DNA from: Eledone cirrhosa
Taxonomy: Eukaryota
Length of the DNA: 64,000 nucleotides
Assembly: GCA_964016885.1 (NCBI GenBank)
Contig: OZ024744.1
Span: 43,400,001 to 43,464,000, forward strand
Reading direction: 5' to 3'
Each line of letters begins with the position of its first letter. Position 1 is the first letter of the stretch. A program made the translations under genes and the position numbers. Below are positions 24,801 through 36,111 of this stretch, piece after piece. Below the pieces are notes generated by a model that saw nothing but the letters and a program-made list of their open reading frames with translations, did no database searches and was not told where the DNA came from.

Positions 24801-25259
24801 TATTTTTTTTATTGTCTCCAAATATCAATTGATTTACCCATTCTATAAGGTCCCTCCTCTATTTTCTCCAGAAACCTTTTTTCGCCTACCTCCTCTGGCC
24901 TACTTTCATACACATTCCTTAGAATTTGCCGTATAGATTTCACTTTCAACGCTTGACCGGCTCCACCCACTCCCTCATTGTTCTACAGGCAAGTTCCGCC
25001 ACCACCACCTCCCACCCACTGCCATGATATACTTATTTGTGTTTACAACAAATTTTGACCAATCCTCTTGACAACTACAATCTTCCCATATCAGGAAGTA
25101 CCTCTTGAAAAGTTCGGCTATTTATTTACCAGACTAAAAATTCTAATATAGTCCAGAAATAACCGTCAAAACGGCTTGAGCTCTGTTGTCGGGGTCATAC
25201 ATTTTACTATTGCCCACCCTACTACTCTAAGTATTGAGTACTCTGGTGCGTTATGGTCA

Positions 25260-25900
25260 TATATCTATATCTATATCTACAGCGGGTAAAATTCCCGAGA
25301 TCCATGGACGAGTTCTCTCCAGCGGTCTCTGTCCCTCATTATCGCTGCCATGTCCTGCCTCTCCAACAGACCAGTGGCTGTCTTTAGGGCATCAACATAG
25401 GTTAACTTCGGTTTTCATTTTCCAGTGTGTCCATGCAGGGGCTCCCACAGGAGCACTGAGTGCAGTGTCAACTCTGAATGTCGGTGAGCATGTCCAGCTA
25501 ACCTCAGTCTCCTTTGTTGTCACTTTTGAGCTGATTTTTGGGACACTCCCGTACAGCTCTGAGTTCTTCATCATCAGAGTATACTGATTAATGTTCAGAG
25601 CCATCCTCAGCATTCTCGTGTAGCACCCATCCAGAATATTAAGAACCCAGAAAAGATTACTAATGTAGGCGGGAAGCCGCTGGAATTGGTTGAGGACTTC
25701 CTGTATTTGGGAGCAAAGATTGGGAATACGGAAGATTATGTGGCCGAGAGGAAAAGCAAAGCCTGGGCGGCGTGCCACAGCTTGAGATTGGTGTGGAAGT
25801 TGGACCTTCGTAAAGACCTGAAGATCTGCCTCTACGTTGCTGTAGTGGAGTCTGTGCTGCTGTATAGGTCTGAGACTTGGACACTGACCAAGAAACTCAC
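25260..25900. mobile_element. 5'-inverted RTE-clade LINE 3' end
   Basis: Minus ~25640-25300: ILDGCYTRMLRMALN..LAGH..LLWEP..DRDRWR, then (TAGATA)n tail; plus ~25655-25900: VEDFLYLG..SVLLYRSETWTLTKKL. Confidence 0.85.
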
Positions 25901-27389
25901 TCATATATATATATATATATATAATATTAAGGATACTATTTATGGTTATGCATATACTAAAACTTTTTATAGTTATATATACGAAGACTCCAAGCCTAGG
26001 TTTGGATGAAACAATTGTAAGGGAATAAATGCTTTGAACATAGCTTTGATTCTTGTGAATTCTCTCTCTCTATATATATATAAGAAAAGAGTTATTTAAT
26101 TTGTTGGTTATTCAACAAATATTTTTATAACAGATTCGAAGCACTCTACAGTTTTTCTTCTGGAGTATAATATCAATAATATTAATAAATGCAAACTATC
26201 TTTATAAAACCATATTTATTTTATTATATATATTTCAAGGGTACCAACATTTTTAGAATATATAGACATTGCAAATCCATACACATTAACACATTCATAG
26301 ATATAAGGAATGCTATCTAAATACATATACAAAAGAATTTTTATCTTAGAAAATACGTAATGTATGATACTATAAAATCATATATAAAATAATATATAAT
26401 TTTTTTTTCACATATATTTTACATATATCTTAATTAGAATATTTTTTAAAGTAAATTCTAGAATAAACGGTAAATATAACTTAACTATTTTAACTAAGAA
26501 ATATTGGAGTTATCTTTTCCTTTATAATGTAACACGCTTACACATTTCTTCTAAGTAACAACTAAACTTTACATAAATATTAACATTTTTTTGTATAATT
26601 TCATTAACTTCATAAATTTTGTAAATGTATTCCTATCTTGATGCAACTATTGAATGTACAAAATAATCTTCTACAATAAAATAGAACTATTCCTTTCTCT
26701 TAAATATATATTGAAAGGGTAAACAAGAAATTCATCGTAACTATATATAAACAATATTTAAATAATCTATCTATTAATAAAGACAACATATATACTCACC
26801 AAAATTATTCATATAAATATAAATAAAAATATAAAAAAGACATAAAGGGATGGGTTGACAACGAAAGGGGGAAAATATAATAAATATATATATATGTCTG
26901 TAAAAGGTAAACAGAAATATCAACACAATCGGTACAGTATATGCAAATGATATATTAGATTAGCGTTTGATGTAGCAGGGAGAGGGTCTTAACTTTTCGG
27001 ACGCTAGTCCTCCATTAGAAGAAAGTATGAGAAATAAAATAGATTAAGAGGACGGGTGGGATGGAATTGGAAAAAATGTCTTTAGATAAAAATAATAGGT
27101 CCATTCATGTTGACATCTCTTATATATATATATATATATATATACACCCACACACATACACCCCCCCCCCCACATATATATATATACGTACCAACATACG
27201 CATATATATATAGAGAGAGAGAGACAGACACATTCATATGTATATATGTACACACACGTAAAAATATTATATATATACATAAACACGCACACGCATATAT
27301 ACATACAATTTTATAATATAAACATAACCATAATTATAATTATATACACATATAGACAAAAATGTATACGTATATACATATATACATAC

Positions 27390-27488
<99 letters not shown>

Positions 27489-27866
27489 TAATTATGGTTA
27501 TGTTTATATATATATATCAAACAAAACACTATACACACGCAAACGCATGAGCAGAGAAGACAAAAAAAATAAACAGACTAAATAAATATGGCGTAGGCAT
27601 ACAATGCAACGGGGGGAAACATAATAGCACCACTGACGATGTTGCAGATGTGCAACAAAAGAACTTTGTTAGACTATATATATATGTGTTTGTGTCTATA
27701 TTGTATCTGTATTTTTGACCGTTGGTCAGTCAATGGTAACATTGAGGACCGAATAAATTAAATTAACCGATATAAAGGACACAGAAGCGAAAACCAACCA
27801 AACAGTGAGTGGTTCTCTTATTAATTCTGGCAATATTATAATACAAATATGACCCTCGCCAAGTAT

Positions 27867-27922
<56 letters not shown>

Positions 27923-28000
27923 TAAGAATAATGAGTTCTAAACTCAAGCAGTCCTTTACAATGAAATAGCTCAAAGAAAGAAGTATTCCTGAGCCGTGTA

Positions 28001-28827
28001 ATACAAGTTAATATAAATTAATATATATGATGAAACACAAATACCAACATATAAGTGTTTATTGTAAAAGACTAAGTTAGCTAGATTGAAAATACTAATT
28101 ATAATAATACAGTTTGTCTGTCTCGATTTAAAATAATAAATCAATAAAAACAAACGATATTGTCAAATGGCCGTGGTACTTAGATAAATTTAAATTTCAA
28201 AATCAAACCTGTTCCGTAGATAAGTTTAAACTTCAAAATCCAAATAATTTTCGAGATGGAAAAGTGAAAGAATACCCCATTCAGCTCTCTTCAGTAAGTA
28301 CCCTGAACAATTGGTATGCTTCACTTCAAAATATTTAAAAAGACTGTTTAACGCACATGGTTTTCCAGTTTCTAGCTTATATGGGGCGTTTATATGGGGC
28401 TAAACTTTAGCCCCATATAAACCGCTGTTATTTCTAGCAGAACGAGTATGCGGCAGCTAGAAACTGGAAAACCATGTGCGTTAAACAGTCTTTTTAAATA
28501 TTTTGAAGTGAAGCATACCAATTGTTCAGGGTACTTACTGAAGAGAGCTGAACGGGGTATTCTTTCACTTTTCCATCTCGAAACTTATTTGGATTTTGAA
28601 GTTTAAACTTATCTACGGAACAGGTTTGATTTTGAAATTTAAATTTGTCTAAGTACCACGGCCATTTGCCAATATCGTTTGTTTTTATTGATTTATTATT
28701 TTAAATCGAGACAGACAAACTGTATTATTATAATTAGTATTTTACAATCTAGCTAACTTAGTCTTTTACAATAAACACTTATATGTTGGTATTTGTGTTT
28801 AATCATATATATGAATTTATATTAACT

Positions 28828-28832
<5 letters not shown>
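28001..28832. repeat. ~830-bp foldback: ~377-bp inverted arms (28001-28377, 28455-28832) with a 77-bp spacer containing its own hairpin
   Basis: Arms are reverse complements with only a few mismatches; spacer GTTTATATGGGGCTAAA-C-TTTAGCCCCATATAAAC. Confidence 0.95.
28535..28606 (+). ncRNA. Minimal hammerhead-like motif in the right foldback arm (mirror copy on minus at 28226-28297)
   Basis: TTA-CTGAAGA-GAG...CTC-GAAA-CTT...AAG-TT-TAA; G10.1-C11.1 intact; only 3-bp stem I; mirror copy has a stem III mismatch. Confidence 0.5.
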
Positions 28833-28880
<48 letters not shown>

Positions 28881-28884
<4 letters not shown>

Positions 28885-29600
28885 TAAAGTATAGAAATTG
28901 TTGTGAGCGTGAAGCCAACAGTATTTCATAATATATAAGTGACTATAACGTCAAGATGGAAAAATAGTTAACGTAAGATGTGGGAAAATAATTCAAACTC
29001 AATTTTAAAAAAATCAAGTCATAGATTAATCCATAGAATTGTGAAATCCAGGGAAAAATCAATAGAGCCTTAACTCAGAATAAAATAAAGCCTAAATACT
29101 CATCAATCGATTTGGAAAAACTACAAATGCTCTGTATAGTTTTAAAAAGACCATTTCGCGAAACTTTCAGTGGGGTTGGTTACAGTTGGAACCGTTCATC
29201 AGCAGAGCTCAAACACGATAACCCTAAAATCACTGTAGTATATGTCAAAAAGGTAATTTAAAGACAGGGTAGTTCAACTCGTACGTAATTATGAAAAATA
29301 AACGCACATGGAGAGACATGGCTGGTGACGTCAGAATGTCTGTTTACATGAAACAACAGTCAAAACACATTCCGAAAAAAAACTCTACAAGTGTAAGGAG
29401 TTCAGCAAAATAGCAATATTTTCGCGGTTTTTTTCATTAAAAAAAAGACCGGGATTAGTCACAAATAATTTTAACCCCTCTAGGAGAATTCCGAGTATAT
29501 ATATAAATTAAAGTATAGAAATTGTTGTGAGCATGAAGCCAACAGTATTGCATAATATATAAGGGACTATAACGTCAAGATGGAAAAATAGTTAACGTAA
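28881..29600 (-). mobile_element. Retrozyme or PLE-pLTR-like unit: 624-bp period with a 96-bp terminal direct repeat
   Basis: 28881-28976 repeated at 29505-29600 (about 3 mismatches); no ORF; contains a hammerhead motif; abuts (TA)n. Confidence 0.6.
29129..29208 (-). ncRNA. Type I hammerhead ribozyme-like motif
   Basis: GCTCTG-CTGATGA-ACGG...TCGC-GAAA-TGGT...ACTA-TA-CAGAGC: 6-bp stem I, stem III, AUA site; A10.1.C11.1 mismatch. Confidence 0.7.
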
Positions 29601-29819
29601 ATTCATACGAAAAGTAAATTGACAATATCTTCTTCTTCACCCACTTATTTCTGAGAGGGTTGTGGGGGCAGTTTCACTTTCCTTTGTATATTTTATATTT
29701 GTTAGTGTTTTCCTTCTGTAACCATTATATTAAAGGAGTTTTTAAATAAAGAGTTAATAAATAAATAAAACGTTATACTTGTATTACCCTCCCATTTCCT
29801 CTTCACCGAACGCTATCAT

Positions 29820-30225
29820 GACTGTATGTGTGTGAAAATGTATATGTTTGAATGTATGTGTGTTTGTGTGAAAGTATGTGTAAATGTATATGTATGAATG
29901 TATGTATATTTGTGTGAAAGTATGTATATTTGTGTGAAAGTATGTGTGAATGTATGTATATTTGTGTGAAAGTATATGTGAATGTATGTATATTTGTGTG
30001 AAAGTATGTGAAAGTATGTATATTTGTGTGAAAGTATATGTGAATGTATGTATGTTTGTGTGAATGTATGTATATTTGTGTGAAAGTATGTGTGAATATA
30101 TGTATATTTGTGTGAAAGTATGTGTGAATGTATGTATGTTTGTGTGAACGTATGTGTTAACGTATGTATATTTGTGTAAATGTATATGTGAATGAATGTA
30201 TTTTTGTGTGAATGTATGTATATTT
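29820..30225. repeat. TGTGAA(A/T)GTATG-type minisatellite
   Basis: Direct reading of ~12/20/32-bp periodic units. Confidence 0.9.
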
Positions 30226-30829
30226 CTTCCTTCCTCTATTATCTCTACTGCGTTACGAACAAATACACAAGGCTATTATATTTGTAGATTGTAATCATTT
30301 AAGGCACAGTAATGTACCTCACTATGGTCTGCTCCCTAGGTGGCTGTGTAGTTGGCCTAAATGGTATTGCCGGCCTTGGGTGTGATTTTTCTATTTGTAA
30401 CATGTTGACGGTTATGCTTCAATAAATTATATTCTTCAATAAAAAGAATTACGTTATCTAAAAGTCCTATTCTACAATTTAAGTTGTAGTTGTTTCGTTC
30501 AAGTTTTGTTCCCAACTTTTAATATGTCGACAGCCTGTATCTCCTAGATGTTTCAAGTGTGATAGCAGCTGTATACAAACATGCATTAGTTGTGTAATAT
30601 TTGCTATCAGATGTTTTCATATAGTCTTTAACAATATCGTCGATAACATTTATCACGAGAGGATTTCGTTTTTTTCTTAATCTCGTAAAAAGGAAAAAAG
30701 AAAAAGAAAAACAACAAAAAAATAAACGGCTTGTTGTCTAAATATGGTTTCTAGAAATACCCCACAAAACAGTGCTTTTTAAATTGTTTTTAAACTGTAT
30801 ATATTCAACAGTAATCTTTTCCGAATCAG

Positions 30830-31760
30830 TCTTATGGAACCCAATGTAATCGAGGAACGTGAGGCCTCCTGCGGGACATGTAACCGGCTCGGACTCAGCC
30901 CAATAGACGTTCCTTCTCCTTTCACGACGTCAAGTCCCCCCAGAGCATTTGGGATGCAAACCAGTGCAACCTGACCTCGGAAAAATTAGCGCGCCAGCTC
31001 GACCAGCACCTCCTCGCGTGTTTTCGCTCGGCCTTGCAATCCCCCACTGGTTCCTGGCTCCATGCCTTACTCTTTTTTTCTACTGGCACGCAACTAAACA
31101 ATGAAACCCTGCGTATCGGGGTTTCCCTGAAGCTTGGCCTCCATATCTACAAGCCACACGAATGTCGCCGTAGACTCTTTCGGTCTCCACTCGCTTTCCT
31201 GTTGGTAGAGTGCCGGCCGGTTTCAATGCCATGCTGCTTTCAACAAAGCCATAAAACATGGTTTGGATGCTGCAGGCGTTGCCTTCCAGCTCCAGCCGGT
31301 GGGCTTGGACCAGGGGACGGCAAAAGCCAAACGGCTTGACCATCTTCCTGTTCCGCGGAGGTAAACCCTTGTCTGAGATGCCACATGCAGCGACACATTC
31401 TCCAGCGGCAACCTGGTGCAGTCTGTAACTAACCCAGACTCTGCTGCAGTTCGGGCTGAGAAGGGTAAACTCTCCAAGTATTGCTCACTCTCCGACAGAT
31501 TTGCAATCGAGCCCCTAGCAGTGAAGACCTCTGGTGTCCTTGGCCCTAGGACTATCTCCCTACTCACCATCATAAGCGCTGAGCCGGCTGGCCGCAAGTG
31601 TGAGCCTCGCGAGATAGAATTGCACTTCCAGCGCATCTCCCTCACCATCCTCGTCTTTTCTATTCTGGTCGTGGGGCGGCCAGCACGAGATGGGAGGGCG
31701 AGAGAGATGGAGGTGATAACAGTCGGAGTTCAGCTCCTCTTCATTCGGACCCGGTGTACG
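30830..31760 (+). mobile_element. CRE-like non-LTR retrotransposon 3' fragment (REL endonuclease)
   Basis: GSWLHAL..LNNETLRIGV, GDGK.PNGLT, DATCSDTFS, AEKGKLSKY, PLAVKTSGVLGP. Confidence 0.8.
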
Positions 31761-31872
31761 TGTGTGTGTGTGCTTCCTTCTATTCATTCGATATGACATA
31801 TTTTAAACTTGTCATCAACAAACAACTAAACCTGTAAAAAAAATATTGAAAAATATATATCTATATTTATCT

Positions 31873-31909
<37 letters not shown>

Positions 31910-32254
31910 GTAATAATAATAAATTTGAAGACTAAAATCCAAAGTATCGTCTTCCTGTCTTCCTCCGGTTGCAACGTTTTTTGAAATATTCACTTCTGCG
32001 TTCACAGATTGACTTTGTTAATTTCAGAAGATCCCGTTAAGGGTGAAAGCAGCGATTCTTTGCTTAAACTTTAATCTGTTATTTTAATAAATAAATATAT
32101 ATATATATATATATATACATAAATATATATAGATGTATGTGTACAAAACATACTCACGCACATAGAAAGGCAAAGCTAACCTCGGTTGGATGTGTGAATT
32201 CTATGTACCAAAGTATGTTATCCAACACTCTACCGATACTACTAATCCACCCCA

Positions 32255-32405
32255 GTACTTGACTGGTACTTTTTTTATCGACCTTAAATGGACGAAAGGT
32301 AAGGTTGACCTTGGCAGGATTTGAACCCAGAGAGTAGAGAGTCTGAACGAATACTGCAAATCATTTCATCTAACGTTATCATGATTCTGACAATTCGCCG
32401 CCTTA
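32255..32405 (-). mobile_element. Nin-domain SINE
   Basis: CTGGTACTTTTTTTATCGACC..AAAGG..GTTGACCTTGGCAGGATTTGAACCCAG = reverse complement of the SINE head and core. Confidence 0.7.
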
Positions 32406-32969
32406 AGAAATATACACAATATTTTTATTAATAAAACTAGATCCATATTCCGTATTTCTTAATTAATAGTATTTAAGTGAGAAACTAATCCGTAGCTTCG
32501 TAGTGTTTTGTTTTCTTTGTTTCCATTAATCAAGGTCAGAGTTTGAAGGGGAAGGAAGTAGTTGATTAAATCTTCCTGAGTACATATACAGACAAAACCA
32601 TTTCGTCTATGAATGTCATTAGGTTTTTCATTTAAATGAATGACATTGTGTTATCATCAATAGAGGTATGAAAAGGTAAAGTCCAACCAGCGGGGTTTGA
32701 ACCTAGCACACAGAAGGGTGTAATTAGATACAGGTAAGTTTCAACCTATCACGCAGAAGGCCGTAACTAGACACAGAGATTATTAAAATAATATCGAAAA
32801 AATCGATCAAAATTCAACCAATTAGAGAGATAAAGAAAGATACAGTGAGAGGGGGGGGGGCAGTTTCAGACAATACATTAATTATTACCAAATCTATTCA
32901 GGATATCGTGTTGCTGCCAACAAATAAACAAACTTCTTATATAGTATAGCATGAGATATGATAATGTAA

Positions 32970-33005
<36 letters not shown>

Positions 33006-33462
33006 CTTTCCTTTCTCTATGGAAGCCCTTGTTGAGTGCTTCATGGCCCGTTCATTTTTTTAATTCGAATCTGTGCCATTGTGTTCCCTGCAAACTGTCT
33101 GGACTAGCTTACCTCTTCTTTGGTTACAAGTCAGATGCCACTGAAAGACTACCCTACTACACTGGCCAATGTCCATCGGAGTAGTGTGGTGAATAGCTGG
33201 TGAGAACTATCCGTTTCAGTAAAGCTAATCCCTGCTGATGATGCGACTCAGGCTACTTACGTAATGTTTACTAACGTTACCTAATTTCTGCACACGGTAG
33301 TTTCATTTGGACCGCCACTAGCAGATGGATTCGCACTAATTATCGTATAATTGTGTACTCTAATATTCTTGGGTTGCCGTCTTAATGATACTGACTTGAT
33401 AAAATTATTGAGTGAGTGAGTGAGAAAACGACCGAAACTATTCGATAGTTTCGTTTCATTAT

Positions 33463-33512
<50 letters not shown>

Positions 33513-34019
33513 GAGAGAGAGAGAGAAGTGCGGTAGCAGGCGAAGTGTACAACAAAGTTATATCTATGAACACAGAGTCTATAACCGAGACTACAACACA
33601 TATCTAAAATATAAGCATGTAAACATCCCAGAAAATACGAATTTCCTTGTAAATTGAAAAAAATGATAAACATCTTTAATCGATTTTCTGATCTAATCAG
33701 ACCCTCATCAGACTGCGTTTATATCAATCAACCACAAGGAAGTATATATTTCTTAGGTATATATACCAATTCACTGTTAGTATTATTCTGAAATGGACAT
33801 ACTAATTTGCATATAATTAGCGCTAGTGCTGGTAATTAATTAACATATGTATTAAGAAGTTATAATACTGGGAATAAAATAAACAACTTGTCCTGTTATT
33901 TTGTGCTGCACCACTATGGGGTTTGGAGGTAGAATGGTAACATGTCAGATGATGCTGGTCAGGCAGGTGTACAAGACAATCCGAAGACTTGTCACATTGG
34001 ATTGTATACCATTTACTTT

Positions 34020-35040
34020 GGAGAGACTGGAAGACCATAGAGTGTAGTGGGAACTGGATGTCTGTAGTGTGGAGGTGAGACTGAACATTCACTGAGTGGA
34101 GGGGAGACTGGACATTCACTGAGTGGAGGGAAGACTGGACATTCACTGAGTGTAGGGGAGATTGGACGTCATCTGTGGAGGGGAGACTGGACATTCACTG
34201 AGTGGAGAGGAGACTGGACATTCACTGAGTGGGGGGGGGGGAGACTGGACATTCACTGAGTGGATGGGAGACTGGACATTCACTGAGTGGAGAGGAGACT
34301 GGACATTCACTGAGTGGAGGTGAGACTGGACATTCACTGAGTGGAGAGGAGACTGGACATTCACTGAGTGGAGGGGAGACTGGACATTCACTGAGTGGAG
34401 GTGAGACTGGCCATTCACTGAGTGGAAGGGAGACTGGACATTCACTGAGTGGAGGGGAGACTGGACATTCACTGAGTAGAGGGGAGACTGGACATTCACT
34501 GAGTGGAGGTGAGACTGGACATTCACTGAGTGGAGGTGAGACTGGACATTCACTGAGTAGAGGGGAGACTGGATATTCACTGAGTAGAGGGGAGACTGGA
34601 CATTCACTGAGTGGAGGGGAGACTGGACATTCACTGAGTGGAGGGGAGACTGGACATTCACTAAGTGGAGGTGAGACTGAACACTCACTGATTGGAGGGG
34701 AGACTGGACATTCACTAAGTGGAGGGGAGATTGGACGTCATCTGTGGAGGGGAGACTGGAAATCGACAGAGTGGATGTGAGACTGATGTCAAGATTGGAG
34801 GGGAGACTTGACGACCAGAGAGAAAAGGGGTGATTGGACGTCTATAGACTGGAGGGGAGACTTGAGGTTTACGGAGTAGAGGGATTGGAGAGGAGATTGG
34901 AAGTCCACGGAGTATAGTGGGGTCTGGACGTCATCAGAGTTGAGGGAGACTTGAGGTATACAGTGTGGAGAGGTTATTGGTCGTACATAGATTGGAGGGA
35001 AACTGGACACCCACAGAGAAGAAGGGACACTGGATGTCTA
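34020..35040. repeat. 27-bp minisatellite (GGAGACTGGACATTCACTGAGTGGAGG), homogeneous core with degenerate flanks
   Basis: More than 20 near-identical units at ~34075-34740; minus strand reads (SVNVQSPLH)n. Confidence 0.95.
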
Positions 35041-35414
35041 TAAAATTCTTTGTCGATCTGTCTTTCTAACTTTTCCTTATGAATTCCTAAACGGCTCAAC
35101 CAATTCAAATCAAATTTTACAAGGTAATAGTATCAGACCCCATGAGTGTCACCATATATTTTTTATTTTCTAATTTTATAACATCAACGAAGAAATCATC
35201 CGGGGTATGTTAACCAAGCTGACAGTTATTTCTAGCAGGCTGGGAATAAACCATAAGGGATTCTCTCTACGCGTTAGTTGTCAATGATCGTGTTTCGAGG
35301 CCAGCGTCTCCAATTCAAATGCTGACCTACACACATACACACAAACATACACACAAATACATACATACACATACACGTGCGCGTACACACACACATATGT
35401 ATATATATACAAAT

Positions 35415-35967
35415 ATCTATATCTATAACTACTAATATAATAGCCTAGTGTATTTGTCCGTCACACACTAGAGATGACTGAGGAAGGAAGGGGTGATTAT
35501 GTTGAATGAAGGAAGAGGTGTCTATTACTGAGGGGGGGGGGTGAGAAACTAGGATTCCAGCGTTGTAATATTCATCACATCTGTCTGTTTGTATGTTTGT
35601 ATCATTTGTGTGAGTAACCGCGAAGGATCTAACCAACCAACTAACCAACAAATACCTGTCTTTTATATTATGTACAGATATTACAATTAGCCGTCATTTT
35701 TGACGCCACAGGGCCAGCTAGTCTATATATAATTATCTATATCAATATATATAAAATAATATAAAATATTGGAACTTCCATCATCCTTTTGAGAAACGTT
35801 GACCCGCTACTTCTATGCCATGGCACACACTTTACAGCTAAAAGGATGATGAACCATCTCCTAGAGGTCACTGGGCCTGGAGGCAATCATTAAGGATAAA
35901 ATGCATTTTCTCTTGTACCTGTCTTCTCTTATCTCTTTACCCGGGCGACGCTGGATAGGTCAGCTAG
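35415..35967 (+). mobile_element. Two adjacent non-autonomous Helitron-like elements or 3' ends
   Basis: GC-rich subterminal hairpin-like segment then CAGCTAG|T at 35721 and 35967; TC plus AT-rich starts near 35415 and 35722. Confidence 0.55.
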
Positions 35968-36111
35968 TATATTATAATTTACTATGATCAATAAACCTCT
36001 AAACAACACCTTCACCGCAATGTATTTTGGAAATATCCAGAGTGGTGGAAAGGGTTGTATGCCACCACCACACTATCACCTCTCTCAATATCTACCGTGC
36101 ATTACTTTAAA

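Noticed and set aside
26100-26800. AT-rich stretch resembling a decayed viral or Polinton gene
   Set aside because: Stops in the frames I checked and no recognisable motif
33230-33330. CTGATGA at ~33236 and a minus-strand GAAA/stem motif as hammerheads
   Set aside because: The first lacks a properly placed GAAA box; the second has a heavily mutated CUGANGA box
34075-34740. CRISPR-like regular repeat
   Set aside because: Units are contiguous with no unique spacers, no cas genes, eukaryotic context
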